Positions 1 to 11,158 of a stretch of 64,000 nucleotides of DNA are shown here, in pieces; positions within the stretch are counted from its first letter, which is position 1; every line of letters starts with the position of its first letter. The notes under the pieces were generated by a model that made no database searches, was not told where the DNA came from, and saw only the letters and a list, made by a program, of their open reading frames with translations. The stretch comes from an uncultured Nitrososphaerota archaeon (lineage in GTDB: Archaea; Thermoproteota; Nitrososphaeria; Nitrososphaerales; Nitrosopumilaceae). Position numbers and translations under genes: made by a program. The stretch lies in assembly GCA_963824385.1 (NCBI GenBank), contig CAWGPD010000004.1, forward strand, positions 96,001 through 160,000. The letters run 5' to 3'.

Positions 1-2070
1 CTCAGAGTCCATATTCTGAATTTTTGCCCCATCCACTTTCCAGTCAACTTTAAGGCCGTTCAGAGGTACTTGTTTGTAGGTAGCAGTAATCTTAGCAGAC
101 AGTGGAACATTCGACTCTCCAAAATCAGCTGATTGCATAGTCACATCTGGCGTAATACTAATTACATTAATAACAGATTTTGACAAAGGAATTTCATTTG
201 CAAGAAGTGCAATCTCTGATGCGCCTCCGCTTTTTGCATAAACAGTAAATGTGGTGAAATAGGAACCACTGGGAATGGTTACACTGTCAGGCATTTCAAT
301 AACAGATGGATCGCTTGAAACAAGTTTTATTATCATATCATGATTTGAATATGTTGGCATTTGCTGACTGTCTAACAATTCAACTGAAAATGTATCTTGA
401 ATTCCAGATGTGATTTTTGCCGGATAATCAAACTCTAATGATTCTGGAGTGACCGACGTACCTTCGATTGAAAAGGTTGAAGCAAATTCAGGGGATATAA
501 CTGACAAGTTTTGCAGGCCATCTTTTAGTAATACACCATCGGATATCAAAATAGGTTGATCCTCGTGTATGGACAATGTATCTGTTTGAATAGAGTCAGA
601 TGGTGATACCATCAATGGCGTTTCGCCAGTAGAAAAACTAAGAGCGTTATTATTTGTCAGATAATATGCAATTGGGATTGTTGTATGCGTTAGAACGTTT
701 GCAAGCAATGAGTCGGCCACCAAGGATCTTAAATCGCTTTGAATTGAGCTTATGACAGGAGTTACAGTTTGAGGATTATCAGTTACAACATTAAGTGTAA
801 CAGGATTTGCCGTGTTGCCAACTTGTGCAAACACAAGTGCCTCTTGTGAACCTTGATCCATCTCTACATCAGGTATTGAAACTACAGAGGGATCAGAAGA
901 ATCGATTTGAATTTTAAGATTGTCCTTTGCAAGAAGTATGTTTCCTGCCGGGTCTTGAAGATGAAGTACACCAATCAATTCTTTTTGCCCAGTGGCCAGA
1001 ATTGGAAGTGCATCCATCCTAGCAGACTTTACATCAAGTAAGGTGTTATTGTTCGTACTGGTCAGTAGTACAGGAGGCGAGACTAGATTTCCTGCTGCAT
1101 AAGCAGTTACATTAAAAGTTCCAGTGGTTCCTGCTGTAACTTCCATTGGAACATATGTCCAATACGTTCCTTTTTTTATCACAGATTGTTCACCAATTTG
1201 AAATAATGGACTCTCATAGCTGGTGTTAATTTCACCAACACCGCTAGCGTTTGTAATTTGTACTTTTAAAGGAATATCATTTTTTGCAAGAACCGGATTT
1301 CCTGACGCATCATGCAGTTGTATAATGGCATATGCGGATGACTCTGCATACGCATTAATCGTTTGAGGGTAAACATAAAGTTGTACTGTATTTTGGGAAC
1401 TAATTTGATTAACAGTAATTGATGTTGAAACAGATTCCATTGATGAAGAAGAGGCTGTGATTTGTGCAGTTCCCGCATTATTTACTGTAACTTGACCAAC
1501 GGAATAATATTCTCCTTTCTTTATCACTAGAACGTTATCTACCGGGGTTACAATGTTGGCATCAGACGTAGATATCGAGATGGACATATCAGATGTCACA
1601 GGAGTTGGAACGTTGTTATCGTTAATGGTTTCTACAGCAATGTAACCAGATTTTGGGCCATTAGTTGCATATGTAGAAGGAGTTACTTTTATTACTAATT
1701 TTGTTGCAATGTTAGGATCAGTGTAAACCGTTAGATCAAACTCATTTGAAGAAAAACCCGGTGCCGCAAGTGCAATTTTAACATCACCAGCAGCAAAAGC
1801 CTTTATTTTTATATTAGATATCATATGAGTTTGGTCTTGTGCAATTCCCATTATTTGCACTATGGACGGATCAGATGATGTTGCAACCAAGTTGTCAACT
1901 GGAATATCATCCGTTTGTGAATAAACCTCTATAACCCCTTCTGTATTTTCTACAATCTTTCCTGGAATTATCTTCATTTCAAGAGCTGCTGGAGTTGAGA
2001 CATCAGCATATGCTGGAAAAACTAAAGATGTCATTAACAGCAACACAAGCAGATATCTCAAATTATCCAT
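1..2070 (-). CDS. Large secreted/surface protein with repeated Ig-like beta domains (3' end outside window)
   Basis: Manual translation from ATG at 2070: MDNLRYLLVLLLMTSLVFPAYADVSTPAALEMKIIPGK (signal peptide, AYA-D cleavage). Recurrent 'SSDPS' segments. Absent from the ORF track, consistent with no stop before the window edge. Confidence 0.8.
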   Translation of the reverse strand, partial: MDNLRYLLVLLLMTSLVFPAYADVSTPAALEMKIIPGKIVENTEGVIEVYSQTDDIPVDNLVATSSDPSIVQIMGIAQDQTHMISNIKIKAFAAGDVKIALAAPGFSSNEFDLTVYTDPNIATKLVIKVTPSTYATNGPKSGYIAVETINDNNVPTPVTSDMSISISTSDANIVTPVDNVLVIKKGEYYSVGQVTVNNAGTAQITASSSSMESVSTSITVNQISSQNTVQLYVYPQTINAYAESSAYAIIQLHDASGNPVLAKNDIPLKVQITNASGVGEINTSYESPLFQIGEQSVIKKGTYWTYVPMEVTAGTTGTFNVTAYAAGNLVSPPVLLTSTNNNTLLDVKSARMDALPILATGQKELIGVLHLQDPAGNILLAKDNLKIQIDSSDPSVVSIPDVEMDQGSQEALVFAQVGNTANPVTLNVVTDNPQTVTPVISSIQSDLRSLVADSLLANVLTHTTIPIAYYLTNNNALSFSTGETPLMVSPSDSIQTDTLSIHEDQPILISDGVLLKDGLQNLSVISPEFASTFSIEGTSVTPESLEFDYPAKITSGIQDTFSVELLDSQQMPTYSNHDMIIKLVSSDPSVIEMPDSVTIPSGSYFTTFTVYAKSGGASEIALLANEIPLSKSVINVISITPDVTMQSADFGESNVPLSAKITATYKQVPLNGLKVDWKVDGAKIQNMDSE

Positions 2071-2121
2071 ATCTGACTTTAAATACAATATAAGATCAGG
2101 TATGACTTTTTTTATGACATA

Positions 2122-3591
2122 CTATGATGATGAGGGCTTGGACAGTATAGAACCAATATCAATTACATGCAATTGTATCATGCCAATTGAGAGCAGAGTA
2201 ATTATAGTAAGCAACATGGAAAATACAAATCCTCCAGAATAAGCCCCTTTAGTTATTTTACCAAGAAAAAGACCTGCAAGCCAGGCTTGAGCTACAACAG
2301 CTATTGATACTACCTCAAGTAATGAACTTGATTGTCCCGATGTTTCAGTATTATTATTTACAATATTTTTCCCTTTGTCAATTTCAGAAAAAGAATCTAT
2401 TGTAAGCAGTGTAGTAAAACCAGTAATAATTATCAGCATAAAACCAACCATCACATATGGTTGTAACATATCACGTTTATTTTTTGTAATATTTCGAATT
2501 TTTTCACTTGCATCAGTCAGAGAGTCAAGTGTATTTACATTTCCCCCTCCTGAAGATATTATTTCAAACAATATTCTAAAACTTACTAATACTTGGAAAT
2601 TTTTGATTTCTTTTTCAAGTGTTTCAAAAATATTGAATAGCGGTATGCCCCATTCAAGTTTGTTTGCAATGGTGTTTGCCACAATGTTAAATGATTTGAA
2701 GTCTTTTCTTTTGCATGCATGAATTATGCATTTTTCTGGTCCCATCCCAGCCTTTCTTGCTTCCGTAATATCTCGTAAGATTTGAGGTGTTGCCTCTTCA
2801 GCATGAATATTTCTGGTATAGATTTTTTTAAATTTCATAGTAGGCCATATAGATGCAATAACTAAAGATATGCCCAAAATGTATGGATTGGCGTGCATGT
2901 TAGAAAAAACTCCAGATATAATCAGAATTATGCCTACCAAAACAGGTGGCAATGCAAACTTTAGTATTTTTTTTACTTCAAGTTCTGGAATGTTAGAATA
3001 ATTCATTTTTTGCACCATTTTCATAAATCCAATAGAGACTATTGGAGAAAAGAACAATAGGGCATAAGGCGGTTGTGAAGGAGTATTATCACTTGAACCG
3101 CTAAGTGGGTTTGACCCGATTGCTGCTATGAGTATAAAAACAGCCAGTATGACTATTTGCATTGTAAGCCATCCGTGAACAACACCACTTAGTTTTTCAA
3201 CTGATTGTTTTTCAGCATTTTCAAGCCTGTCGTATGAACCAGTCATTTTACTTTTCAAGTAATTAACTACATTACCACCACTTTGAATAGCAGAAACATA
3301 TCCACTCAGAAATTCACCTAATGCTTTTGAAGAAGGCCTATCCTTTGCTTGGTCTAATGCGCTAAGCGGGTCTATTCCAAGCAAATCAATTCTTTTGATA
3401 ATCTTAATTATTTCTCCTTGAATAATAGGCAAGAGATTGATCTCTTTTATTTTCTGTAGCATTGTATAAGGACCAAGTCCACTGGACGCAAGTAAAGACA
3501 TTATAGTAATAAAATATGGTAACTCTCTATCGATCTTTTTGTTCTGTTTTTTTTCGTAATCTGCCTGATCAAGTTTTTTTAGTGAAATCAT
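2122..3591 (-). CDS. Type IV pilus/archaellum membrane platform protein (TadC/FlaJ, T2SS F family)
   Basis: Two T2SSF-like repeats (ELPYFITIMSLLASSG; PQILRDITEARKAG), multiple TM helices, directly downstream of the pilus ATPase. Confidence 0.9.
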   Translation of the reverse strand: MISLKKLDQADYEKKQNKKIDRELPYFITIMSLLASSGLGPYTMLQKIKEINLLPIIQGEIIKIIKRIDLLGIDPLSALDQAKDRPSSKALGEFLSGYVSAIQSGGNVVNYLKSKMTGSYDRLENAEKQSVEKLSGVVHGWLTMQIVILAVFILIAAIGSNPLSGSSDNTPSQPPYALLFFSPIVSIGFMKMVQKMNYSNIPELEVKKILKFALPPVLVGIILIISGVFSNMHANPYILGISLVIASIWPTMKFKKIYTRNIHAEEATPQILRDITEARKAGMGPEKCIIHACKRKDFKSFNIVANTIANKLEWGIPLFNIFETLEKEIKNFQVLVSFRILFEIISSGGGNVNTLDSLTDASEKIRNITKNKRDMLQPYVMVGFMLIIITGFTTLLTIDSFSEIDKGKNIVNNNTETSGQSSSLLEVVSIAVVAQAWLAGLFLGKITKGAYSGGFVFSMLLTIITLLSIGMIQLHVIDIGSILSKPSSS

Positions 3592-5143
3592 TTAGGCATT
3601 CCCTAATTCTATTTTTTGCAATAATGATTCTGGATCTCGGTAATATTTCCCGACTACTTCGGCCACTTTTTTATAATTTCGAATATCATTTTCAAGCATC
3701 CATTTAAGAATCATGATCCTTTTTTCATGTTCCTCAAGTAGTTCATTGAAATCACGACCTGACGCATCTGCCATTTTTTTAAACAGATTGCTATCTTTGA
3801 GATTGTCATCAAAATTATCAGTTTTTGGATTCCACAGAAAATGCTGGATACGAAGAGTTGGAAGATATAATTTCAGATACGGCAATAGCTCTTCTACTGC
3901 TTTGCCCCGTAGAATTTTCCTTTACTCTTTTTATGACAACTGCGCAATTCATTAGAGAGATATATGCAGGCGGAATGTCCATTGGCTTTTGTTGTAGTCT
4001 TTTTATTGCAGATTCAAGACCATCTGCGTGCATGGTACACAATCCACCGTGACCTGTGGCCATGGCTTGAAACATCACATATGCTTCAGAACCTCTAATT
4101 TCACCCACGACAATATAGTCAGGCCTATGTCGTACTCCTGCTTTTATCAAATCATACATTCCTATTTCACCTTCACCGCTCAAGCCAAATCCACTTCTTG
4201 AGACTAGAGTAAACCAGTTTTCATGATTGATATTAATTTCAGCAACATCTTCTACTGAGAAAATTTTGTAATCAGGGTGAACAAGACCTGTAATTGCATT
4301 AAGAATTGTTGTCTTTCCACTACCAGTTGAGCCTATAATTATAAAAGATTGTTTGGCTTCTACCAGCATCCAAAGATATGCTGCTATTGAAATGCTTATA
4401 GTTCCAAATTTTATCAAATCAATAACAGTATAAGGATCTTCTCGGAATTTTCTTATTGTAAAGCTTGTTCCTTTTGGAGTTACTTCCTTTTGATATAAAA
4501 CAGATATTCTATGATTTCCTTGTAGTGCCAAATCAGATATTGGAAAAGCCGTGCTTATGTGTTTTCCAGCTCTGAACACAATTCTAGAAACAAATGAATT
4601 CAATTGTTCATTTGATGCATACTGGATATTTGTTGGGATGCTGTCATAATTTCTATGCCATATGAAAATTGGTTTATCAGTTCCACTACAGCTTACATCT
4701 TCAATGTTTACATCATGCATTAGTGGATCAATTAGACCAAATCCTACGATATCACGTTTCAAATAATATTTCACCTTCTCCATGCTACTCATACTAGAGT
4801 GATTCAGAAACATCTTCTCGTTTTCCTTAAGAATTGCATTTAGATGACCTTCAAAATTTTGATTGCCGCCAGAGGTGGATGGAGATTCTAAACTTTCTTC
4901 AATGAGTTTGTAAAGCGTTTGGAAGATCAGCGTATCTTCTCGGTTTAGACGTAATTCATCTACAAAATAGAGATATGTGGACTTTTCAGCATTATACAAG
5001 ATATTTGCATAACTAAAGGGAGGCAGTAATGGATACTTTTTTACAATTTCATAACCGGAAGGAATTTGACTTTGGCCTTCATCCATGATTTGACTTGCCA
5101 GAAAAGTTTCAATTTCATTGGATTTATTTGATTTATTTTTCAT
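3592..5143 (-). CDS. Type II/IV secretion-system ATPase (FlaI/TadA/VirB11 family); one frameshift near 3840
   Basis: Walker A GSTGSGKTT, RHRPDYIVVGEIRG, ATGHGGLCTMHA. The C-terminus (LWNPKTDNF...) continues in ORF 3592-3885 after removing one base. Confidence 0.92.
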
Positions 5144-5193
5144 TTGTTAGCACCAAAAATAAAAAAGGAAAAAGGGTAGGCATTTTTTAGCCT

Positions 5194-5893
5194 CTATGAT
5201 TTGCTTGCAACAGTAACTGATTGCGGTGCGCCCACATTACCAGCATAGATTGCTACACTGCTTTGTGAACCAGCATCAACGGTACTCAAAATTCCGTTTG
5301 GAACTTCAAAGTATACTACTGCCCTATCACCTGGCTTCAAAGAAATTGGACCAGATGCTTGTGTGAAGCACATTGTTGGATTTGCACTTGCTAGACCAAA
5401 CTCATTGATATAAAATTGAGTTGGACTATTACTAACACACCCAGCTGGTGCAGCCGCAGCATAACTTTGCATCATACCGGATGGTACTAATGGATTAGTA
5501 ACACGGTAAGTATGATGTCGCAGTTCCAGTAAAGTTTAGCTGAGCCTGGAAGTTTGCAACAGTGACTTGAGTAGGATTACTGTCATAATACCAGCTTGCA
5601 AATGGTATTTGACTACCACGTACACTAATCTGGTCTACAGACAATATCTTGTCTCCACTATTTCTAATCTCTGCGGCACCCCACACATATGTTGGCGATA
5701 CACCAGTTGTAGCGTTTACCCACATCTGTGTACCTTGAGCCGTTACGCCGGATGATTGTGCACCTGTCTGGAATAGGCTTGTACCATATAGTACAACACC
5801 TGTTCCAAGAACAACTGACGCAACCAAGATGATCAGCGTAGTAAGCACGGCACTGATTGCCTTTCTGTTCTTTGTTCTAAGGAACATATTCAT
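5194..5893 (-). CDS. Type IV pilin, probable major subunit; one frameshift near 5505
   Basis: Class III signal KNRKA|ISAVLTTLIILVASVVLG. ORFs 5495-5926 and 5194-5475 join by a single indel. Confidence 0.8.
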
Positions 5894-5950
5894 TATTAGC
5901 AAGTATGATAGTGGAGAATATCTCACCTAGCATGTAATTTTGACTTACAC

Positions 5951-7502
5951 CTAGTCTGATGAGACCGTCTTGTATGCAGTAATAAATTTGGCCACAAGTT
6001 GTCCAAGATTGGAGGAGCCACGCATACTATTCCTAAAACGCTTTGAGGTGGATTTGGATACACCTATGGCAATTAATGAGACCCCTGATGCGTCAAGTTT
6101 TTTGGCAATTTTAGCAAGATGTTGATGTATTCTTTCATAACCCGATGGATGCCCATCTGTAATAATAAAAATATATTTTCGTTCTCGTGAGTCGTCTGAT
6201 AACATCCTACGAGCTAATTCTATTGCATCGGGTAATAACGACAACCCATTATTTTCTAACGAACCAATTCGTGCTTGCACTTCACGGCCATATTTTTCTT
6301 TAAAATCTTTTAGGATTTGTAAATTGTTATCAAAACTAAATAAAGCCCAAGCATCGGATTTTCCTGTCAGATCATTTGTTGCTTCAGCGATACAAACCGT
6401 AAATTCTTTAATTTGTTGAAATCGCAAACTCATACTTGCGCTATTATCTATCAAAATTACCCATGCGGCTTCAACTCGTTTTATTTCGTCTCGTTCAAAA
6501 ACATCAACGTATTGTCCTTCTGATGCAATAGACTGTATTGCCATTTGCATGTTAAGGTAACCCACCTCACCAATTTTTGGTTCGTCAAAAAGGTTTGTTA
6601 CCATTTGTATTTGTTGACGAATCCGCCTCAATAATGGAGTCACTTTTTCTTTGATTTGCAAAAAATCATGGAAATTTCCTTGAGGAATGGTAATTGCACC
6701 AAAATTAAGATCTTTCAAATTCTTTTCGTATCGTCTGAGCAATTTTGATTTGAATTGCTCATCTTCTAACCATAATTCATCAAGTCGTATAGCATTTTCA
6801 TTGAATGACCCACGTGGTTCAAAATCAGGACTATGTTGCTCAGTCTTCAATATTTGTCTCACATCATGTCTTTCATAGTAGGGAGGAACATCTTCGGGAA
6901 GTAATTCCCTGTTTTTATAAAGCAAGGTTGCAAACAAGAGCGCGTCATCCAGGGTATTCATCTCATGTGTTCTCATCTTTGTAATTTTTTCCTCATTAGA
7001 TAATCCGAAAAAGTTCAAATCGGCATCCCGAGAATTAAAAGAATTTTTTTGAGTTTTGGACATAGATTTGAGATTAATGTTTTTCATGTTTTCCCATACA
7101 TCAGAATCAGTATGAGAAATGTATCTTTCAACAGAAATATCCTCGATACAGTCTATCACACGTAAACAGACATCTTCTGTTTTTGATTTCTTCCAAGAAT
7201 CATATATCGAATATCTTGAGACACACGCATGAGCTGCAAGGTGATAGATTGTAGCTAAAAACAAGCACCAAAGATTTTGCCTACCATTTGGGGTGTGATC
7301 AAATAGTATGCCTTCAAACAGATATTTGTTGTCCTGTTTTCTTGGTAGAGGAATAATAATTTCTAGTTCAGAATTACATATTATCACTGGAAACAAGATC
7401 TTTTTTGAAAAAACAAGATTCAGACTGCCTGGTTTTATCTGAGAAAAATTGTAAAAAATATCTTCAGCTGAATTCTAAAAAACTTGATCCTTTTTCTTTC
7501 AT
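5951..7502 (-). CDS. VWA-domain protein (NorD/CbbO-like MoxR partner); frameshift near 7480
   Basis: MIDAS motif ILIDNSASM and IITDGHP; N-terminal HLAAH...IED region. ATG at 7502 overlaps the MoxR stop (TGATG). Confidence 0.85.
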
Positions 7503-8512
7503 CAGATTCCAGCTATTTTACAAATTATCTTTCTTACCATCCCTTGGACTTCGACATCATCACTAGTTAGTGAAATTATTGTTTCTTCTGCAGCGTCTTT
7601 TAGTGAAGCGCCATCAGAAATCAGTAATGCCCAGTTTAATAGATCACCTACAGATGGACCATAAGGAAGATCACCTGATTTGTATTGTTTTCGTAGTTCG
7701 GCCCCAACTCTGACTATTATTTCTGCATCTTGTCTGCTCAAGCCATTGGTTTTTTTAATTAAAAGATCAATCTCTTTTTCATCAATCTTTGAGCCCACAC
7801 TCATATAGTCAAAGTTTAACCAGACACTCATTCTCCTTCGCATTGCAGCGTTTATGGGTTTAGTGCCCGCAAATTCAGAAGATACCGGATTCATGCTGAT
7901 TATCAAAAAAGCATCTTTATGTCGTTGAATTATCTCATTATCTTTTTCTGTTAAAACCATATGACCTCGTTGATCCAAAATAGGATTAAGTCTTGTAGCA
8001 ATATCTTGTTTCATCATATTTGCCTCATCAAGATACAATATTCCGCCATATCTGCTCCAAGATGTTATTAATCCATCAATCCAATTTTCTTTTCCTAGTC
8101 CAACATATCTTCCAAAAAGATCAAAAACAGATGTTTGTAAACCACAGTTTATCTCCCATATTGGAAGACCGGCAAGCTCTGCCACTAGATAAACAATATG
8201 GGTTTTCCCGGTACCACTTGGTCCAATTAATGCACATTGTTTAAAAAATGATAAGGCTCTTGCAATTCTTTCTACATATTTTTCGCCATTATCAAGATAT
8301 GCAGGAGTATCTCTTGGTATGAGTTCAGATATCTCAGAGGAAAATGAAAATTTTTCTGGGTCAAGATATTTTTTCAGGTCATAATTTTTTGATAGGGCAT
8401 GTGTACTTTTTTTTAACGTGGAGACATGAATATTAAGAGTAAAATTCTCGTCATGGATTTTGGAATTTATTACTTCTTTCATCCTTTGATCAGGAGGATT
8501 TTTGATACTCAT
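7502..8512 (-). CDS. MoxR-family AAA+ ATPase (CbbQ/NirQ/NorQ/GvpN type)
   Basis: Walker A GPSGTGKT, Walker B ILYLDEAN, SMNP and AMRRR motifs. Confidence 0.9.
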   Translation of the reverse strand: MSIKNPPDQRMKEVINSKIHDENFTLNIHVSTLKKSTHALSKNYDLKKYLDPEKFSFSSEISELIPRDTPAYLDNGEKYVERIARALSFFKQCALIGPSGTGKTHIVYLVAELAGLPIWEINCGLQTSVFDLFGRYVGLGKENWIDGLITSWSRYGGILYLDEANMMKQDIATRLNPILDQRGHMVLTEKDNEIIQRHKDAFLIISMNPVSSEFAGTKPINAAMRRRMSVWLNFDYMSVGSKIDEKEIDLLIKKTNGLSRQDAEIIVRVGAELRKQYKSGDLPYGPSVGDLLNWALLISDGASLKDAAEETIISLTSDDVEVQGMVRKIICKIAGI

Positions 8513-8604
8513 ATGTTTTCATTAGACAAAGCACACTAAAATGCATGACATGTATCATCAAACTACATACAGGTGATTAAGTTTCATAATATTTTATCAT
8601 ATCT

Positions 8605-9111
8605 ATGAATTTAAGAATAGAGACAAACTCACTTGCATTTTCAAAATTAAAAAATGAACACGGTTTTGTTAAATACAATATTGAAGCGTCACTTGACGAA
8701 GTAGAAAACAGAGATTCCGAAGTTGTGTTAAAATTCAAGCTTATCCTTTTGTCAAATCCTACAAATGCCAAAATTTCAGTAGATGGTTTGGCAACACTTT
8801 ATGGAGACCAGGTTGAAATATCAAAGCAACTGAGTCCAGACGAAAAAAACATTCCAATAATTTTGAATTTAATATATCAAGAGATCTTTCCGTTGTTTTT
8901 TATCATGTCAAAGAGTATGCAGATACCATGCCCAGCATATAGGCTCTCACAGATGTCATATGCATCACAGACAGAAAAGATTGTCTCCGAATCTTCACAT
9001 GAATCAAATAATACCAACGTAGTTGGGTTTTCTAGTCAAAATGAATTGCATGAACAAGTCGAGATTGAGCCACCATCAGACCAAAAGCAAATCATCGAAC
9101 AGCAAATGTAA
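8605..9111 (+). CDS. Hypothetical protein
   Basis: 168-aa ORF filling the gap, divergent from MoxR. Confidence 0.7.
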   Translation: MNLRIETNSLAFSKLKNEHGFVKYNIEASLDEVENRDSEVVLKFKLILLSNPTNAKISVDGLATLYGDQVEISKQLSPDEKNIPIILNLIYQEIFPLFFIMSKSMQIPCPAYRLSQMSYASQTEKIVSESSHESNNTNVVGFSSQNELHEQVEIEPPSDQKQIIEQQM

Positions 9112-9235
9112 GCGTATTTGACATACGCAAATATCAATAATAGAACTTTTTGATAAAACATCAGATGTGTAATAGACGACTTTGCATAATTTTAAAATTC
9201 TCTTTTCATATTGACGGAAATTTTTAAAATCAGTT

Positions 9236-10921
9236 CTATCCTTTTTGAATCTCTACTAAAATCATCGGTGTGGGAATAGATGCCAATATTGTAGCACCGG
9301 ATGGATATGTAACCGGTAATGAACCATAAGTATAGCTTACTGTATAAGCAGTCCCAAATCCTTTTGCACCCATTGTGTTGACATATCCTAACACTGGCGG
9401 AATTGCATCTACAGTATTTGCTCTAAAAGTCGGTTGAGTTGTTGCTGCAGTACCACAAGTCCAAGCTTCCCAATAGAGTCCTTTAGTCAAGGTAATGGGA
9501 GTTCCAAATGTCAAAGTTTTAACTGATGCAGTAGTTGTAAATGTACCAACATCACTTCCAGTAACTAATGTTTGAGGATAGACATTGCCATTATCTCGAT
9601 AAATTCCTATATGACATGTTGTTGTTGTAGGATTTGCAGCAGTAGAAATTTCTGCCTGAATCTCATTAATTGTTAGTGTATGAGGAACTACCCAAGGAGT
9701 TGTTCTCAAAGTAGACGGTGTTGAAATAAGTATACTTGAATTAGTGGGATGTATCGCATTACCATACCATGCTGTTGTTGACCCTCTCATGAAATAATCT
9801 ACTGGTTCTGATGGATCAAATCCGATGGTTTTCCAGTTTGAACCGTCACTTATGACCTTGACTAGTTGATCTTGATGCGTGAGATTCATTGAACCAGAGG
9901 GAGAATAATACCCATCAATTGTTTGCGAAGCAGTGGTAAGGATTCTCACCATGTTTCCAGCAGAAACAGAACCGTCTCGTATAGTAAAAGTTTTGCCAGT
10001 GTGTCCAACTGAGTTTGGCAAAGTTACAATCGTAGTTGCAGATGTGGTATTGAAATTAACAGTATCTTCTGTATATAACAAAGTATGACTAGCAGAATAC
10101 GTGCTATATGCTTCCACAATTCCAGTAGTTGTTGAACCTAGTACAACATTTTGCGAGACAGTGTTATAGAGATAACCATTTTGAAGTGATGCTTGGAAAT
10201 TAGCCGTATATCCATTAGAGCCATTAATGTTATAATTCCACTGGAAAAATGTTTCAGCCCCATTGTTCAAAATTGGGTAAGAGGATGGAGTAGGGCCTGA
10301 AATCAGAGTAGCTTTGCCAACACCTGTCACATTACTAACTACCATATTTGGCACAATATTGGTAAGTGCTCCGCCATTTGTCATGTTGTTTGTTACGCCA
10401 AGAAGTAGAGTAGCGATAAAATTATTGGACCCAGTAGATGGTAACGCAAATAATTGTAAATATACTGGTGCTTGACTTGCAGAATTTACAAAAAACTCCT
10501 TGACGTTTCCACGCATAGTAACTAGTTTAAGGTCATATCCTTGAGTCGGCTTGGCATAAAGTGGGAGGCTTTGCCCTATCTGTGAAAGAGAATTTCCAGG
10601 GTATACAATTTGGTTAACAGCATATTTGGAAGTGCCCCAAGTGATATCGGTTTTATTCTCAACCCATAGTCTGTCAATAGTAATTGGAATGCTTCCTGAG
10701 TTTTGTACTGTAATATTGAATTTATTATTAGCTATAGTTACCTGAGTTATTGAAAATGTTTCATGGTTTGCATCTGCCTGGGCTTGACTTTTTGTTACAA
10801 ACGCACCAGTAAAATTATTCAGTAAATTCATATCATAATTAACAAAGGTTACAGCAGTTGTAAAAATTATAATAAAAAAAACAGCTCCAACTACAGTGCT
10901 TATGCCCCGTCTATTGTTCAT
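9236..10921 (-). CDS. Minor pilin/adhesin with large C-terminal extension
   Basis: Class III signal MNNRRG|ISTVVGAVFFIII, pilin-type LVTMRGN motif, Thr-rich beta domains. Confidence 0.8.
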   Translation of the reverse strand: MNNRRGISTVVGAVFFIIIFTTAVTFVNYDMNLLNNFTGAFVTKSQAQADANHETFSITQVTIANNKFNITVQNSGSIPITIDRLWVENKTDITWGTSKYAVNQIVYPGNSLSQIGQSLPLYAKPTQGYDLKLVTMRGNVKEFFVNSASQAPVYLQLFALPSTGSNNFIATLLLGVTNNMTNGGALTNIVPNMVVSNVTGVGKATLISGPTPSSYPILNNGAETFFQWNYNINGSNGYTANFQASLQNGYLYNTVSQNVVLGSTTTGIVEAYSTYSASHTLLYTEDTVNFNTTSATTIVTLPNSVGHTGKTFTIRDGSVSAGNMVRILTTASQTIDGYYSPSGSMNLTHQDQLVKVISDGSNWKTIGFDPSEPVDYFMRGSTTAWYGNAIHPTNSSILISTPSTLRTTPWVVPHTLTINEIQAEISTAANPTTTTCHIGIYRDNGNVYPQTLVTGSDVGTFTTTASVKTLTFGTPITLTKGLYWEAWTCGTAATTQPTFRANTVDAIPPVLGYVNTMGAKGFGTAYTVSYTYGSLPVTYPSGATILASIPTPMILVEIQKG

Positions 10922-11158
10922 AATATTCAGCCTTACATGATGAACATGATAATTCATAGAAATTATAATCTAAAGATATTTCATCATACCTCATATGATA
11001 AAAATAGTTTTTATCTTCGATAAAGGATTCTGGATGTCACATAAAATAATTACACGTTTAATGACTTCGATTTTAAACTATAAAAATTTATGAAAAAATA
11101 ATATTATGTTTTTACCGTGATACGTGTTAACCATTTATCTAAAAAGATGAAAAATGGA

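Noticed and set aside
3592..7502. Phase variation or inactivation of the pilus (frameshifts in ATPase, pilin, VWA)
   Set aside because: The same kind of break hits ribosomal and purine genes, and there are no long slippery tracts at most sites.
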